Shown here: positions 29,639 to 37,186 of the stretch, in pieces
How positions within the stretch are numbered: position 1 is the stretch's first letter
How the letters are laid out: every line of letters starts with the position of its first letter
Source of the DNA: Candidatus Nanopelagicales bacterium
Lineage (GTDB): Bacteria > Actinomycetota > Actinomycetes > S36-B12
Reading direction: 5' to 3'
Assembly: GCA_017854795.1 (NCBI GenBank)
Contig: JAFMHB010000006.1
Location: forward strand, 25,342-89,341
Length of the DNA stretch: 64,000 nucleotides
Translations under genes and position numbers: made by a program
The notes under the pieces: generated by a model
Told to the model about the DNA's origin: nothing
Seen by the model: the letters and a program-made list of their open reading frames with translations, nothing else
Database searches by the model: none

Positions 29639-29670
29639 TAGAGATCAAGCAGCTACCCAGAACCCTACAA

Positions 29671-30246
29671 CTAGCCAGCTGCTCGTGCTGCGCGACGCTC
29701 CGAGAGTTCATCGTGTCCCTGCATTGCGACCATACCCGTCTCAGGAGCCTCGCCAGGCAGTGACGCCAGATTCCCCTCAATCTCTTTCCACACGCTGCCA
29801 ATTGCGATTCCAAATACCCCTTGCCCACCCCGCACGAGATCCACTACTTCGTCTGCACTATTGCATTCGTAGATGCTGGCTCCATCACTCATGATGGTCA
29901 GACTGGAGAGAACACTTGCATCGCGGGAGCTAAGGTGCTCGACCGCCAGTCGGATGTTATGAAGGGAGACACCTGTATCGATGAGACGTTTAACGATCCG
30001 AAGTATCAGGATGTCACGAAATCCGTAAAGCCGATGACTTCCTGAACCATGCGCCCCTTTAACACTAGGAACAACAAGCCCTGTCCGGGCCCAATAGTCC
30101 AGCTGGCGGTACGTGATTCCGGCGGCGGCACAGGCTGTTGGACCTCGGTACCCCAAATCTATTGGTACTACCGGGACATCGAGTTCTTCGAACATAGATG
30201 GCTGGATTGGGTAGTTCTCAAAAGCACCAATATTCTCGCCAGTCAC
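29671..30246 (-). CDS. MerR-family transcriptional regulator
   Basis: HTH block GPTACAAAGITYRQLDYWARTGLVVPS...SGSHRLYGFRDILILRIVKRLIDTGVSL. AGGAGG SD before GTG 30246. Confidence 0.8.
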   Translation of the reverse strand: MTGENIGAFENYPIQPSMFEELDVPVVPIDLGYRGPTACAAAGITYRQLDYWARTGLVVPSVKGAHGSGSHRLYGFRDILILRIVKRLIDTGVSLHNIRLAVEHLSSRDASVLSSLTIMSDGASIYECNSADEVVDLVRGGQGVFGIAIGSVWKEIEGNLASLPGEAPETGMVAMQGHDELSERRAARAAG

Positions 30247-30358
30247 ATTTTCCTCCTACGAATAGGTCTCGAACCTACGCAAGCCTGAGGCGCGATGCTA
30301 TCCGACACGCCACAGCCCATACCGGCTAAGTCTCAACCTGAAGGTGATGTCGAGCCAC

Positions 30359-30853
30359 CTACTGTGGGGCCTCGAAGTCCTCTGGAGAAACACCCTCAAG
30401 GAACTCTCGAAATGCCTCAACTTGATCCTCGGGTTCCCCTTCGGCTTCATCGGGTATTTCGACTCCAGCTGCGTCTAGGACGTCTGGGGCAACAGTGATA
30501 GGTACACCTACTCGTAATGCAAGCGCTATTGCATCAGAAGGCCTAGAACTGAGTTCATGGACCTGGCCATCTGTTGTCATGAAGTCCAAAATCGCGAAAA
30601 AGACACCATCCGTCAACGAGGTAATTCGCACCCCGGTCAAGTTAGCCCCAAGTTCCTCAATTAAGTCGACGATCAAATCATGGGTCATCGGTCGAGGCGG
30701 AGTCACACCCTGCTGGGCATAAGCAATTGCAGTCGCCTCTACGGCCCCCACCCAAATCGGCAGATAACGGGTACCGTCGATTTCATTGAGTAGCACAATC
30801 GGCGTATTTGAAGGCATTTCCATCCGGACGCCAGCAACAATTACAGGAATCAT
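30359..30853 (-). CDS. bifunctional nuclease family protein (DUF151)
   Basis: GVRMEMPSNTPIVLLNEIDGTRYLPIWVGAVEATAIAYAQQGVTPPRPMTHDL is typical of DUF151. I set the start to ATG 30853 (TAGCCT ends 7 nt upstream). Confidence 0.8.
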   Translation of the reverse strand: MIPVIVAGVRMEMPSNTPIVLLNEIDGTRYLPIWVGAVEATAIAYAQQGVTPPRPMTHDLIVDLIEELGANLTGVRITSLTDGVFFAILDFMTTDGQVHELSSRPSDAIALALRVGVPITVAPDVLDAAGVEIPDEAEGEPEDQVEAFREFLEGVSPEDFEAPQ

Positions 30854-30860
30854 GTACATA

Positions 30861-30866
30861 AGGCTA
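30861..30866 (-). promoter_or_regulatory. -10-like TAGCCT, 7 nt before ATG 30853 (DUF151)
   Basis: Minus strand reads TAGCCT-tatgtac-ATG. Confidence 0.45.
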
Positions 30867-30882
30867 GACCCTGTTCATAATT

Positions 30883-31581
30883 TTAGCCACTGCCCGACTT
30901 AATCAACTCAGCACGAAGCAGGGCAGCATGCAGTTGCACGAAAAGTGATGCCAGTTCACGAACGGTTTGTTGCGCCCGAGCCTTCGCATCACGATCACGT
31001 GGATGTGAGTAAGGAGTGGCAATCTGCTCAACCAGCCCAGACTCTCTATTGGCGACCACCCGAAATGAACGAAGATGCCGCGCCTCAACTCCAAATTCGG
31101 ATAATTTGGCTGCGATCATGCAGATCTGAACGGCATCTTCGTCGTAGTGGCCGGTGGCATTTGTCCAGACAAGTCCATCCTTTTCCAACGCTGCAATCAG
31201 GGTTTCTGACAACAACGTTTCTTCTGCAAGTTCACTTCGGGTAAGTCGAATCCTGCCGGCCCCAGGACGAAAATCATCAGGGCGAACTCCCTGTCCTGAT
31301 GAGAGCGGTGCTGCAAGTCCCGCCTGCTCAAGATTCTCATCAAGTTGGTCTTTGATCACTTTCAGGGGCAAATACTGGTCGCGTTGCAGTGTCAAAATTG
31401 AACGCAGACGAGTTACATCGTGGGTGTCAAAACGCCGATAGCCAGATGCCGTACGAGACGGGGTTATCAAACCTTCGGTTTCCAGGAAGCGAATCTTGCT
31501 AATTGAAACATCGGGGAAATCCTTCTTCAACATACTGAGCACTTCGCCGATGCTCAGGGTATTTTCTGACTGCGAAGTCAT
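30883..31581 (-). CDS. MerR-family regulator (FtsR-like)
   Basis: LSIGEVLSMLKKDFPDVSISKIRFLETEGLITPSRTASGYRRF...QRDQYLPLKVIKDQL. The TAATG junction overlaps the upstream FHA gene. Confidence 0.75.
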   Translation of the reverse strand: MTSQSENTLSIGEVLSMLKKDFPDVSISKIRFLETEGLITPSRTASGYRRFDTHDVTRLRSILTLQRDQYLPLKVIKDQLDENLEQAGLAAPLSSGQGVRPDDFRPGAGRIRLTRSELAEETLLSETLIAALEKDGLVWTNATGHYDEDAVQICMIAAKLSEFGVEARHLRSFRVVANRESGLVEQIATPYSHPRDRDAKARAQQTVRELASLFVQLHAALLRAELIKSGSG

Positions 31582-32072
31582 TAGCCTTCCACGCCCACCA
31601 GAAAAATGAAACGGAACTTGCCAATCTGGACTTCATCTCCTCCGCGCAATTGTTGATCCTCGACCCGCACACGATTGACATAGGTCCCATTGAGACTGCC
31701 AACATCTTGCAAACTCCAACCTTGAGCTCCATGTCGAAATTCCGCATGCCGCCGGCTCACGGTGACATCGTCAAGAAAAACATCGCACTCTTCGGCACGA
31801 CCAACAATGATTACTTCACTACTTGGAGAAAGGACATATTCTGTGCCCTCGCCTGGGCCTCGATGCACAACCAACATGGCAGCGCCATTGGGTAGATCTC
31901 GATGAACACCCGTCCCCACTGAAACAGGACCAGTGCCCGTGTTGATTAATGAGGTGATCGCACCCGTGTGTTCAATCCCCAACCCGCCTAGATCAAGTTC
32001 AACAGGAGCTCCGCAGGCGGAGCAGAACCTATCATTTGCTGAGACATCCTGATCACAAACAGCACACTTCAT
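31581..32072 (-). CDS. garA: FHA-domain regulator, GarA/OdhI orthologue with N-terminal zinc ribbon
   Basis: FHA core DDVTVSRRHAEFR...VGSLNGTYVNR...GDEVQIGKFRFIFL is very close to GarA. N-terminus is CAVC-x10-CSAC. Position between gcvH and the merR genes is conserved. Confidence 0.8.
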   Translation of the reverse strand: MKCAVCDQDVSANDRFCSACGAPVELDLGGLGIEHTGAITSLINTGTGPVSVGTGVHRDLPNGAAMLVVHRGPGEGTEYVLSPSSEVIIVGRAEECDVFLDDVTVSRRHAEFRHGAQGWSLQDVGSLNGTYVNRVRVEDQQLRGGDEVQIGKFRFIFLVGVEG

Positions 32073-32080
32073 AAGAATTC

Positions 32081-32464
32081 CTATGCCTTATTAATCAGCG
32101 CATTGTAATCGGCTGAACTGAGTAGTTCGTCAATTTGTTGGGGAACATCTGGCTCGATTTCCACTAGCCACCCGTTGAAATAGGGAGAAGAGTTAATTAA
32201 CTCAGGGCTCGCCTCTAGATCAGCGTTGGTTGCGACAACCGTGCCGTCAATGGGGGCAAACAGATCACTAACGCTCTTGGTTGATTCAACTTCACCACAT
32301 GAGGTCCCAGCTTTTAGTTCCTCCCCCACCGAAGGCAATGAGACGTAGACAATGTCTCCGAGTGCATCTTGGGCGTAGTACGTAATGCCGAAAACGGCAT
32401 TGCCATCTTCATTGAGGCGTACCCACTCATGATCTGAGGTATACGAAAGTTCTTCAGGTGTCAT
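32081..32464 (-). CDS. gcvH: glycine cleavage system H protein
   Basis: 127-aa ORF with lipoyl-lysine motif VESTKSVSDL. Confidence 0.95.
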   Translation of the reverse strand: MTPEELSYTSDHEWVRLNEDGNAVFGITYYAQDALGDIVYVSLPSVGEELKAGTSCGEVESTKSVSDLFAPIDGTVVATNADLEASPELINSSPYFNGWLVEIEPDVPQQIDELLSSADYNALINKA

Positions 32465-32470
32465 GACAAA

Positions 32471-32476
32471 AGCCTA
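32471..32476 (-). promoter_or_regulatory. -10-like TAGGCT, 6 nt before gcvH ATG 32464; its TAG is the pgsA-like stop codon
   Basis: Minus strand reads TAGGCT-tttgtc-ATG. Confidence 0.45.
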
Positions 32477-33046
32477 TCCCTTGGCATTGCGTTGTTCAAA
32501 CAATGTTCGCGTCTGAAGAAAATACCCCACGCCAGCCCACCAATACAGATAAGTTCCCCACAGGGCAAATGCCCAGCCAGCGGCCGCCATGGCCGTCGCA
32601 GTGGTGGAATCGAGTCCACCCAAGAGGATTAGTGGAAACCCCCACAGCAATGCAAATGTGGCGGCCTTGCCAATGTAAGTAACCGGTAGAGCCGAAATTT
32701 CCAATCTGTGCAGCGAGGGGATCAAAGCAAGCAGCGCAATGTCGCGAAGCGCAATGACCAACACGAGCCACCAGGGAATCAAGTCTGCCAAGGCCAGTCC
32801 AATGAGGGTGGCTGCAATGTAAAGCCGGTCAACCATTGGGTCGAGTAAGACACCCAGCCGGCTGATCTGATTGAGTTTACGGGCCAAAAAGCCGTCCACC
32901 CAATCTGTGGCCCCGGCAATAACCAGCACGCATAAAGACCAGAAGTAGTCTTCTCGAGCCAGTAGGAGGTACAAGAACAGAGGGATACCCAGCAGGCGCA
33001 AAAGACTCACGGCGTTAGGGATTGTCCACGGTCGCCAGGGACTCAT
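32474..33046 (-). CDS. CDP-alcohol phosphatidyltransferase (PgsA-like)
   Basis: Signature DWVDGFLARKLNQISRLGVLLDPMVDRL (D-G-x2-A-R...G-x3-D-x3-D). Multi-TM. Confidence 0.85.
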   Translation of the reverse strand: MSPWRPWTIPNAVSLLRLLGIPLFLYLLLAREDYFWSLCVLVIAGATDWVDGFLARKLNQISRLGVLLDPMVDRLYIAATLIGLALADLIPWWLVLVIALRDIALLALIPSLHRLEISALPVTYIGKAATFALLWGFPLILLGGLDSTTATAMAAAGWAFALWGTYLYWWAGVGYFLQTRTLFEQRNAKG

Positions 33047-33714
33047 ACTTTAATCCCTTTTCTATTCTTAACAATGTAGATAACGACGGACACAATAAAA
33101 ACGACAATGAGCGTGCCTGAAATAGCCATCAAGCCAATGATCCATGCATTTTCAGTGGGAAAGCTGAGATCGCCGCTGAGTTCGATTTGCTGAATTGGCT
33201 GACCCTGATCGGTGTTTGAAATGATCAGGCTTGAATTGGAAGCTTGTGCCACATCAAATGAAATAGACGTTCCACTCCCAGTCGCCACGAATCCCACTGG
33301 CTCACCAAATTCGAACCAAGGTTCTCCCAACGCGCTATGTGTCACTATCCACGTATTCGATTCGAGTGATGCAATGCATGTGTCGCGTCCTAAAATCGTG
33401 GAATCAACCGAATCACGAGCGAGCAGCCCAGCATTGAACTCTTCCTCAGGTGACAGATCGATCGTGATTCTCTCGCGCAGGTTAGGAAGTAGTGCGAGTT
33501 GGCTAGGGCGGCTTATTTCAATTCGATCCAAATCGATTAGCACCACCTCACAGAATTGCAACTCCTCTGCACTAATTACCGGTCCGTCGACACTCAACGC
33601 CTTTCCCGATCCAAAAGCAGTAAATAGTGAAATTGCGAGAATGCCGGCCACCAAGGCAGAAACTAATAGCAGCGCGAGTGAAAAAATCGCTAGGATCTTT
33701 CGCAAGCGTCTCAC
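33043..33714 (-). CDS. hypothetical membrane-anchored protein (TM helix at each end)
   Basis: 223-aa ORF with hydrophobic helices at both termini and a soluble middle. 4-nt overlap with the pgsA-like gene. GAAGGG SD before GTG 33714. No family recognised. Confidence 0.55.
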   Translation of the reverse strand: MRRLRKILAIFSLALLLVSALVAGILAISLFTAFGSGKALSVDGPVISAEELQFCEVVLIDLDRIEISRPSQLALLPNLRERITIDLSPEEEFNAGLLARDSVDSTILGRDTCIASLESNTWIVTHSALGEPWFEFGEPVGFVATGSGTSISFDVAQASNSSLIISNTDQGQPIQQIELSGDLSFPTENAWIIGLMAISGTLIVVFIVSVVIYIVKNRKGIKV

Positions 33715-33781
33715 TCGTCAACCCTTCTGCTGGCTTCACCTCGTGCCCAGCCGTTCAGTGTCGCTAAAAACCTTCTCGACG

Positions 33782-33800
33782 GCTCATACATCTTATGAGC
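33782..33800. promoter_or_regulatory. 19-bp palindrome GCTCATA-catct-TATGAGC, candidate operator
   Basis: 7-bp perfect arms. On the minus strand it contains TAAGAT (-10-like) for the hypothetical-pgsA-gcvH transcription unit. It lies 45-63 nt upstream of serB GTG 33845. Confidence 0.4.
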
Positions 33801-33832
33801 AGACCATAGCTTTCTTTCAAAGGACAGAGTCT

Positions 33833-33838
33833 TAGGCT
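33833..33838 (+). promoter_or_regulatory. -10-like TAGGCT, 6 nt before serB GTG 33845
   Basis: TAGGCT-tggccg-GTG. No SD. Confidence 0.5.
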
Positions 33839-33844
33839 TGGCCG

Positions 33845-35056
33845 GTGATTGATCGCACTTTGCTGATAACCGTGAGCGGACTCGATGCACCTGGCCTGAC
33901 CAGTGCAATCTTCGAAGCCCTTGCGCCCTCGCCCGTCGTCGTGATTGATATGGAGCAACTTGTTGTTAGGGGGCACCTCACCTTGGCTATCGCTGTGGAA
34001 ATTGATCCCTCTGTGGGCGACTCTGAGGCTCCAACCGTTCTTGACTCAGTTCGGAAAGATGTACGACTTGCAGCAAGTGCTCGGAATATGGAGGTCACAA
34101 CCCGTCCCGTGGCCCTTTTGGAAGCAGATCATTCTCCAGAGAAATTTCAGGTGATCGTCATGGGTTCCCCGCTACACCCTGAATGCATAAGTATCGTCAC
34201 GTCCACTATCGCAAAGCATGGAGGCAATCTTGATCGAATTCACAGGGTCGCTGACTACCCGGTTACGGCTATCCGTTTGGAAGGGTCCGGGGTCGCTCCA
34301 AGTGCATTGAGGCGCCCCCTTGCTGAGGTCTCAGCGCGATGCCAAGTAGATATCTCCGTACAAGATGTTGCCCTTGAAGCACGAGGACAATATCTTGTCG
34401 TTCTTGATGTTGATTCAACCCTTATTCAAGATGAAGTCGTTGATCTGCTTGGTGATCTAGCCGGTGTTGGCTCGCAAGTGAGCGAAATAACGCAGGCTGC
34501 CATGAATGGCGATCTTGACTTTGCTCAATCCCTTGAGGCGCGGGTCAAACTCCTAGCGGGTTCGCCGGCAACCCTGCTTGAGCAGGTGGGCAAAATGGTC
34601 ACGCTGACACCCGGTGCCCGAACATTGTGCCGAACATTGAATCGGTTGGGTTATCGCATTGTCTTAGTTTCAGGTGGTTTCACTAATGTGATTGAACCTA
34701 TTGCCAAAGATTTAGGCGTGTACGCATTTCGGGCCAACACCCTTGAAATCAGTGATGGGAAAATAACGGGCAAACTTGTCGGTCCGATTATTGATCGTGA
34801 GGGCAAGCGGCAAGCACTCATCGATTTCGCAACTCAGTTGAATATTCCCAAGCGACGAACAATTGCGATCGGAGATGGAGCCAATGACATTGACATGATT
34901 TCAGAGGCTGGACTCGGAGTTGCATTTAATGCCAAGCTGGCATTACGCGAAAGCGCAGACACCACCGTTAATGTGCCCTATTTGGATTCTGTTCTTTATC
35001 TTCTGGGAATTACTCGTGACGAGATAGTCAGGTCGGATCGCGAGAGAGCAAACTAG
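33845..35056 (+). CDS. serB: phosphoserine phosphatase with N-terminal ACT domains
   Basis: HAD motifs VLDVDSTLIQDEV and GDGANDIDM, with two ACT-like N-terminal repeats (SerB2 architecture). Confidence 0.9.
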   Translation: MIDRTLLITVSGLDAPGLTSAIFEALAPSPVVVIDMEQLVVRGHLTLAIAVEIDPSVGDSEAPTVLDSVRKDVRLAASARNMEVTTRPVALLEADHSPEKFQVIVMGSPLHPECISIVTSTIAKHGGNLDRIHRVADYPVTAIRLEGSGVAPSALRRPLAEVSARCQVDISVQDVALEARGQYLVVLDVDSTLIQDEVVDLLGDLAGVGSQVSEITQAAMNGDLDFAQSLEARVKLLAGSPATLLEQVGKMVTLTPGARTLCRTLNRLGYRIVLVSGGFTNVIEPIAKDLGVYAFRANTLEISDGKITGKLVGPIIDREGKRQALIDFATQLNIPKRRTIAIGDGANDIDMISEAGLGVAFNAKLALRESADTTVNVPYLDSVLYLLGITRDEIVRSDRERAN

Positions 35057-35817
35057 GAACCCTGGGAGTGCATTCCGCCATCGACGTGGATCATTTCCCC
35101 GCTAGTGGCGGGCAACCAATCTGAGAAAAGCACCACACACGCTTGGGCCGCCGCCGTAGGGTCGCTGACATCCCAACCTAATGGTGCCCGTTCCTGCCAA
35201 ATATTTTCAAACTCCTCAAAGCCTGGAATGCTCTTTGCCGCCATGGTTCGAATTGGACCGGCAGCAACGAGATTTACACGTATCCCAAACGGGCCTAAAT
35301 CTCTTGCTAAGTATCTTGATGTACTTTCAAGGGCCGCTTTTGCAACGCCCATCCAGTCGTATGTGGGCCATGCAACCGTTGCATCAAAGTCAAGGCCAAC
35401 TATTGAACTTCCACGTCCCAGCAAGGGCTGACAGGCGACGGACAATGATTTAAAAGAAAATGTTGAAATGTGCATTGCCACTGCAACGTCTTCCCATGAA
35501 GTGTGCAAAAAATTGCCACCGAGTGCACTTTCAGGCGCAAAGCCAATGGAATGCAGGACTCCATCTAGGTGTGGCACGTGCTCGCGCACTCGATCCGCCA
35601 ACGATTCAAGGTCCTGCTGCGAGGTAACGTCCAGTTCAACTATCGAAACCTCTTTTGGCAAACGAGCCGCGCTGCGTTTCGTTAAAGACATAGTCCGCCC
35701 GAAAGATGTCAAAACCACATTCGCACCTTGTTCTTGTGCGAGTCGTGCAACGTGAAATGCAATTGACTGATCTGTGAGTACACCCGTTATCAAAATGTTT
35801 TTATTTTCTAGCAACAT
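35053..35817 (-). CDS. inhA: NADH-dependent enoyl-ACP reductase
   Basis: N-terminus LLENKNILITGVLTDQSIAFHVARLAQEQGANVVLT is close to InhA/FabI. GGAGAA SD. Downstream of fabG as in the mabA-inhA operon. Confidence 0.9.
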   Translation of the reverse strand: MLLENKNILITGVLTDQSIAFHVARLAQEQGANVVLTSFGRTMSLTKRSAARLPKEVSIVELDVTSQQDLESLADRVREHVPHLDGVLHSIGFAPESALGGNFLHTSWEDVAVAMHISTFSFKSLSVACQPLLGRGSSIVGLDFDATVAWPTYDWMGVAKAALESTSRYLARDLGPFGIRVNLVAAGPIRTMAAKSIPGFEEFENIWQERAPLGWDVSDPTAAAQACVVLFSDWLPATSGEMIHVDGGMHSQGS

Positions 35818-35825
35818 GATTCTCC

Positions 35826-36545
35826 TCAGTGTCCCATTCCAAGTCCGCCGTCAACTGGGATTACGGCTCCAGAAATGTAAGCGCCATCCTCTGAGACGAG
35901 AAACTTAATTACCTGTGCAACTTCATTCGGCTCGCCATAGCGCCCCGCAGGGATTGTCCCCAAGATTGCCTTCTTCGTACTTTCATCTAGTGCATCGGTC
36001 ATATCGGTATTAATAAATCCGGGTGCTACAACATTGATAGTGATACCCCGACTGCCCACTTCTCGGGTAAGTGAACGCGCCGCTCCCACTAAGCCAGCTT
36101 TTGATGCAGAGTAGTTAACCTGACCCGCGCTTCCCAGCAGACCAACAACAGAAGACATAAAAATAATTCGACCATTTTTCGCTTTAATCATTGGGCGCAA
36201 CACCCTGCGGGCTAGTCGAATAGAACCGATCAAATTCGTATTGATGGTCTCCTCGATATCTGCATCACTCATACGCATAAGCAGGGAATCTCGAGTGATC
36301 CCCGCATTTGCTACGAGCACTTCAACGGGGCCGAAACTTGTTTCAATTTCACTTATTGCATTCTCAATTGACTCTGCGTCGCTCACATCAATGCGGACAC
36401 TGCCAACCCCATAACTGGAACTAACCGCTCCCGTTCGCGAACCAATAACCACTTGGTATCCCGCGACGGCTAACACCTGTGCGGTTGCCGCACCGATGCC
36501 TCGGTTCCCACCTGTGATGAAAGCGACACCCAAATCTTTGCCCAC
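35826..36545 (-). CDS. fabG: 3-oxoacyl-ACP reductase
   Basis: SDR protein with TGGNRGIG cofactor motif and YSASKAG catalytic motif. Confidence 0.9.
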   Translation of the reverse strand: MGKDLGVAFITGGNRGIGAATAQVLAVAGYQVVIGSRTGAVSSSYGVGSVRIDVSDAESIENAISEIETSFGPVEVLVANAGITRDSLLMRMSDADIEETINTNLIGSIRLARRVLRPMIKAKNGRIIFMSSVVGLLGSAGQVNYSASKAGLVGAARSLTREVGSRGITINVVAPGFINTDMTDALDESTKKAILGTIPAGRYGEPNEVAQVIKFLVSEDGAYISGAVIPVDGGLGMGH

Positions 36546-36758
36546 TTATTGATCCTCGAGGCGGTAACCCACTCGTACAGTGACTTGGAAATGATCTACA
36601 CCATTATCCCTCACGTATCCGCGGATCTGATCAACTTCGAACCAGTCCACATGCTTGTGAAGTTCGCCTGCCCGTTTCACGGCATTACGAATCGCCGTAT
36701 CAAGGGATTCAGGGGAAGTACCAACAATTGTGGCGATCCCGTAACTCCGGTCCGTCAT
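36546..36758 (-). CDS. dodecin family flavin-binding protein
   Basis: 70-aa ORF with IATIVGTSPESLDTAIRNAV...WFEV...FQVTVRVGYRLE, typical of dodecin. Confidence 0.8.
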   Translation of the reverse strand: MTDRSYGIATIVGTSPESLDTAIRNAVKRAGELHKHVDWFEVDQIRGYVRDNGVDHFQVTVRVGYRLEDQ

Positions 36759-36799
36759 AGAACTCCTTTTGTCAGATCGCGCTCAATGAGTAATGGGCT

Positions 36800-36805
36800 T
36801 AGGCT
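36800..36805 (+). promoter_or_regulatory. -10-like TAGGCT, 6 nt before ATG 36812 (DUF3099)
   Basis: TAGGCT-atcgcc-ATG. No SD. Confidence 0.5.
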
Positions 36806-36811
36806 ATCGCC

Positions 36812-37126
36812 ATGGCACCTGAGGTCTACACCATCACGGCGACTAATCGGGCTTTGAGCAATGAGCAGTCAGGTCGGACCAAGAGGTATCTGATTTCCAT
36901 GGGGATAAGGACCGCATGCGTTCTCGCTGCAATCGTTGTTCCCGGGTGGCCCAAATGGATTTTTATTGCGGGCGCGGTCGTCTTGCCATATTTGGCGGTC
37001 GTGATCGCCAACGTGGGTCGAGGTAAGGACGAGGCTGGCACAATGGGAGTGGCCGCCGTGGCATTACCGAGCGCCGCCTCAGCCCAAGAATATGAACGTC
37101 GCATCTCACGTTCCATCGAAAGATAA
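36812..37126 (+). CDS. DUF3099 membrane protein
   Basis: 104-aa ORF with RTKRYLISMGIRTACVLAAIVVPGW...LPYLAVVIANVG, a two-TM pattern characteristic of DUF3099. Confidence 0.6.
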   Translation: MAPEVYTITATNRALSNEQSGRTKRYLISMGIRTACVLAAIVVPGWPKWIFIAGAVVLPYLAVVIANVGRGKDEAGTMGVAAVALPSAASAQEYERRISRSIER

Positions 37127-37186
37127 CAACCGTTTGAGCGTCGTTCCTGAATAATCTGGGACTTCGTCTGTGGATTAAGGTGAAGT

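Noticed and set aside
29559-29894. ORFs of 111 aa (plus) and 72 aa (minus) covering the gcvP leader, and the 14-codon N-terminal extension of gcvP (29410-29451).
   Set aside because: The region is fully explained by the two glycine aptamers and the merR 3' end. The gcvP ATG at 29409 has a GGAG SD and the canonical MTDIRF N-terminus.
30263-30277. A tRNA-like T-arm on the minus strand (TAGG-TTCGAGA-CCTA, with G53/C61-type closure) in the DUF151-merR spacer.
   Set aside because: I tried to build the rest of a cloverleaf. The 7 nt after the arm (TCGTAGG) have no complementary acceptor 5' strand at the expected distance (GCCGGTA is found there). No anticodon or D arm can be drawn. It is most likely a small UTR hairpin.
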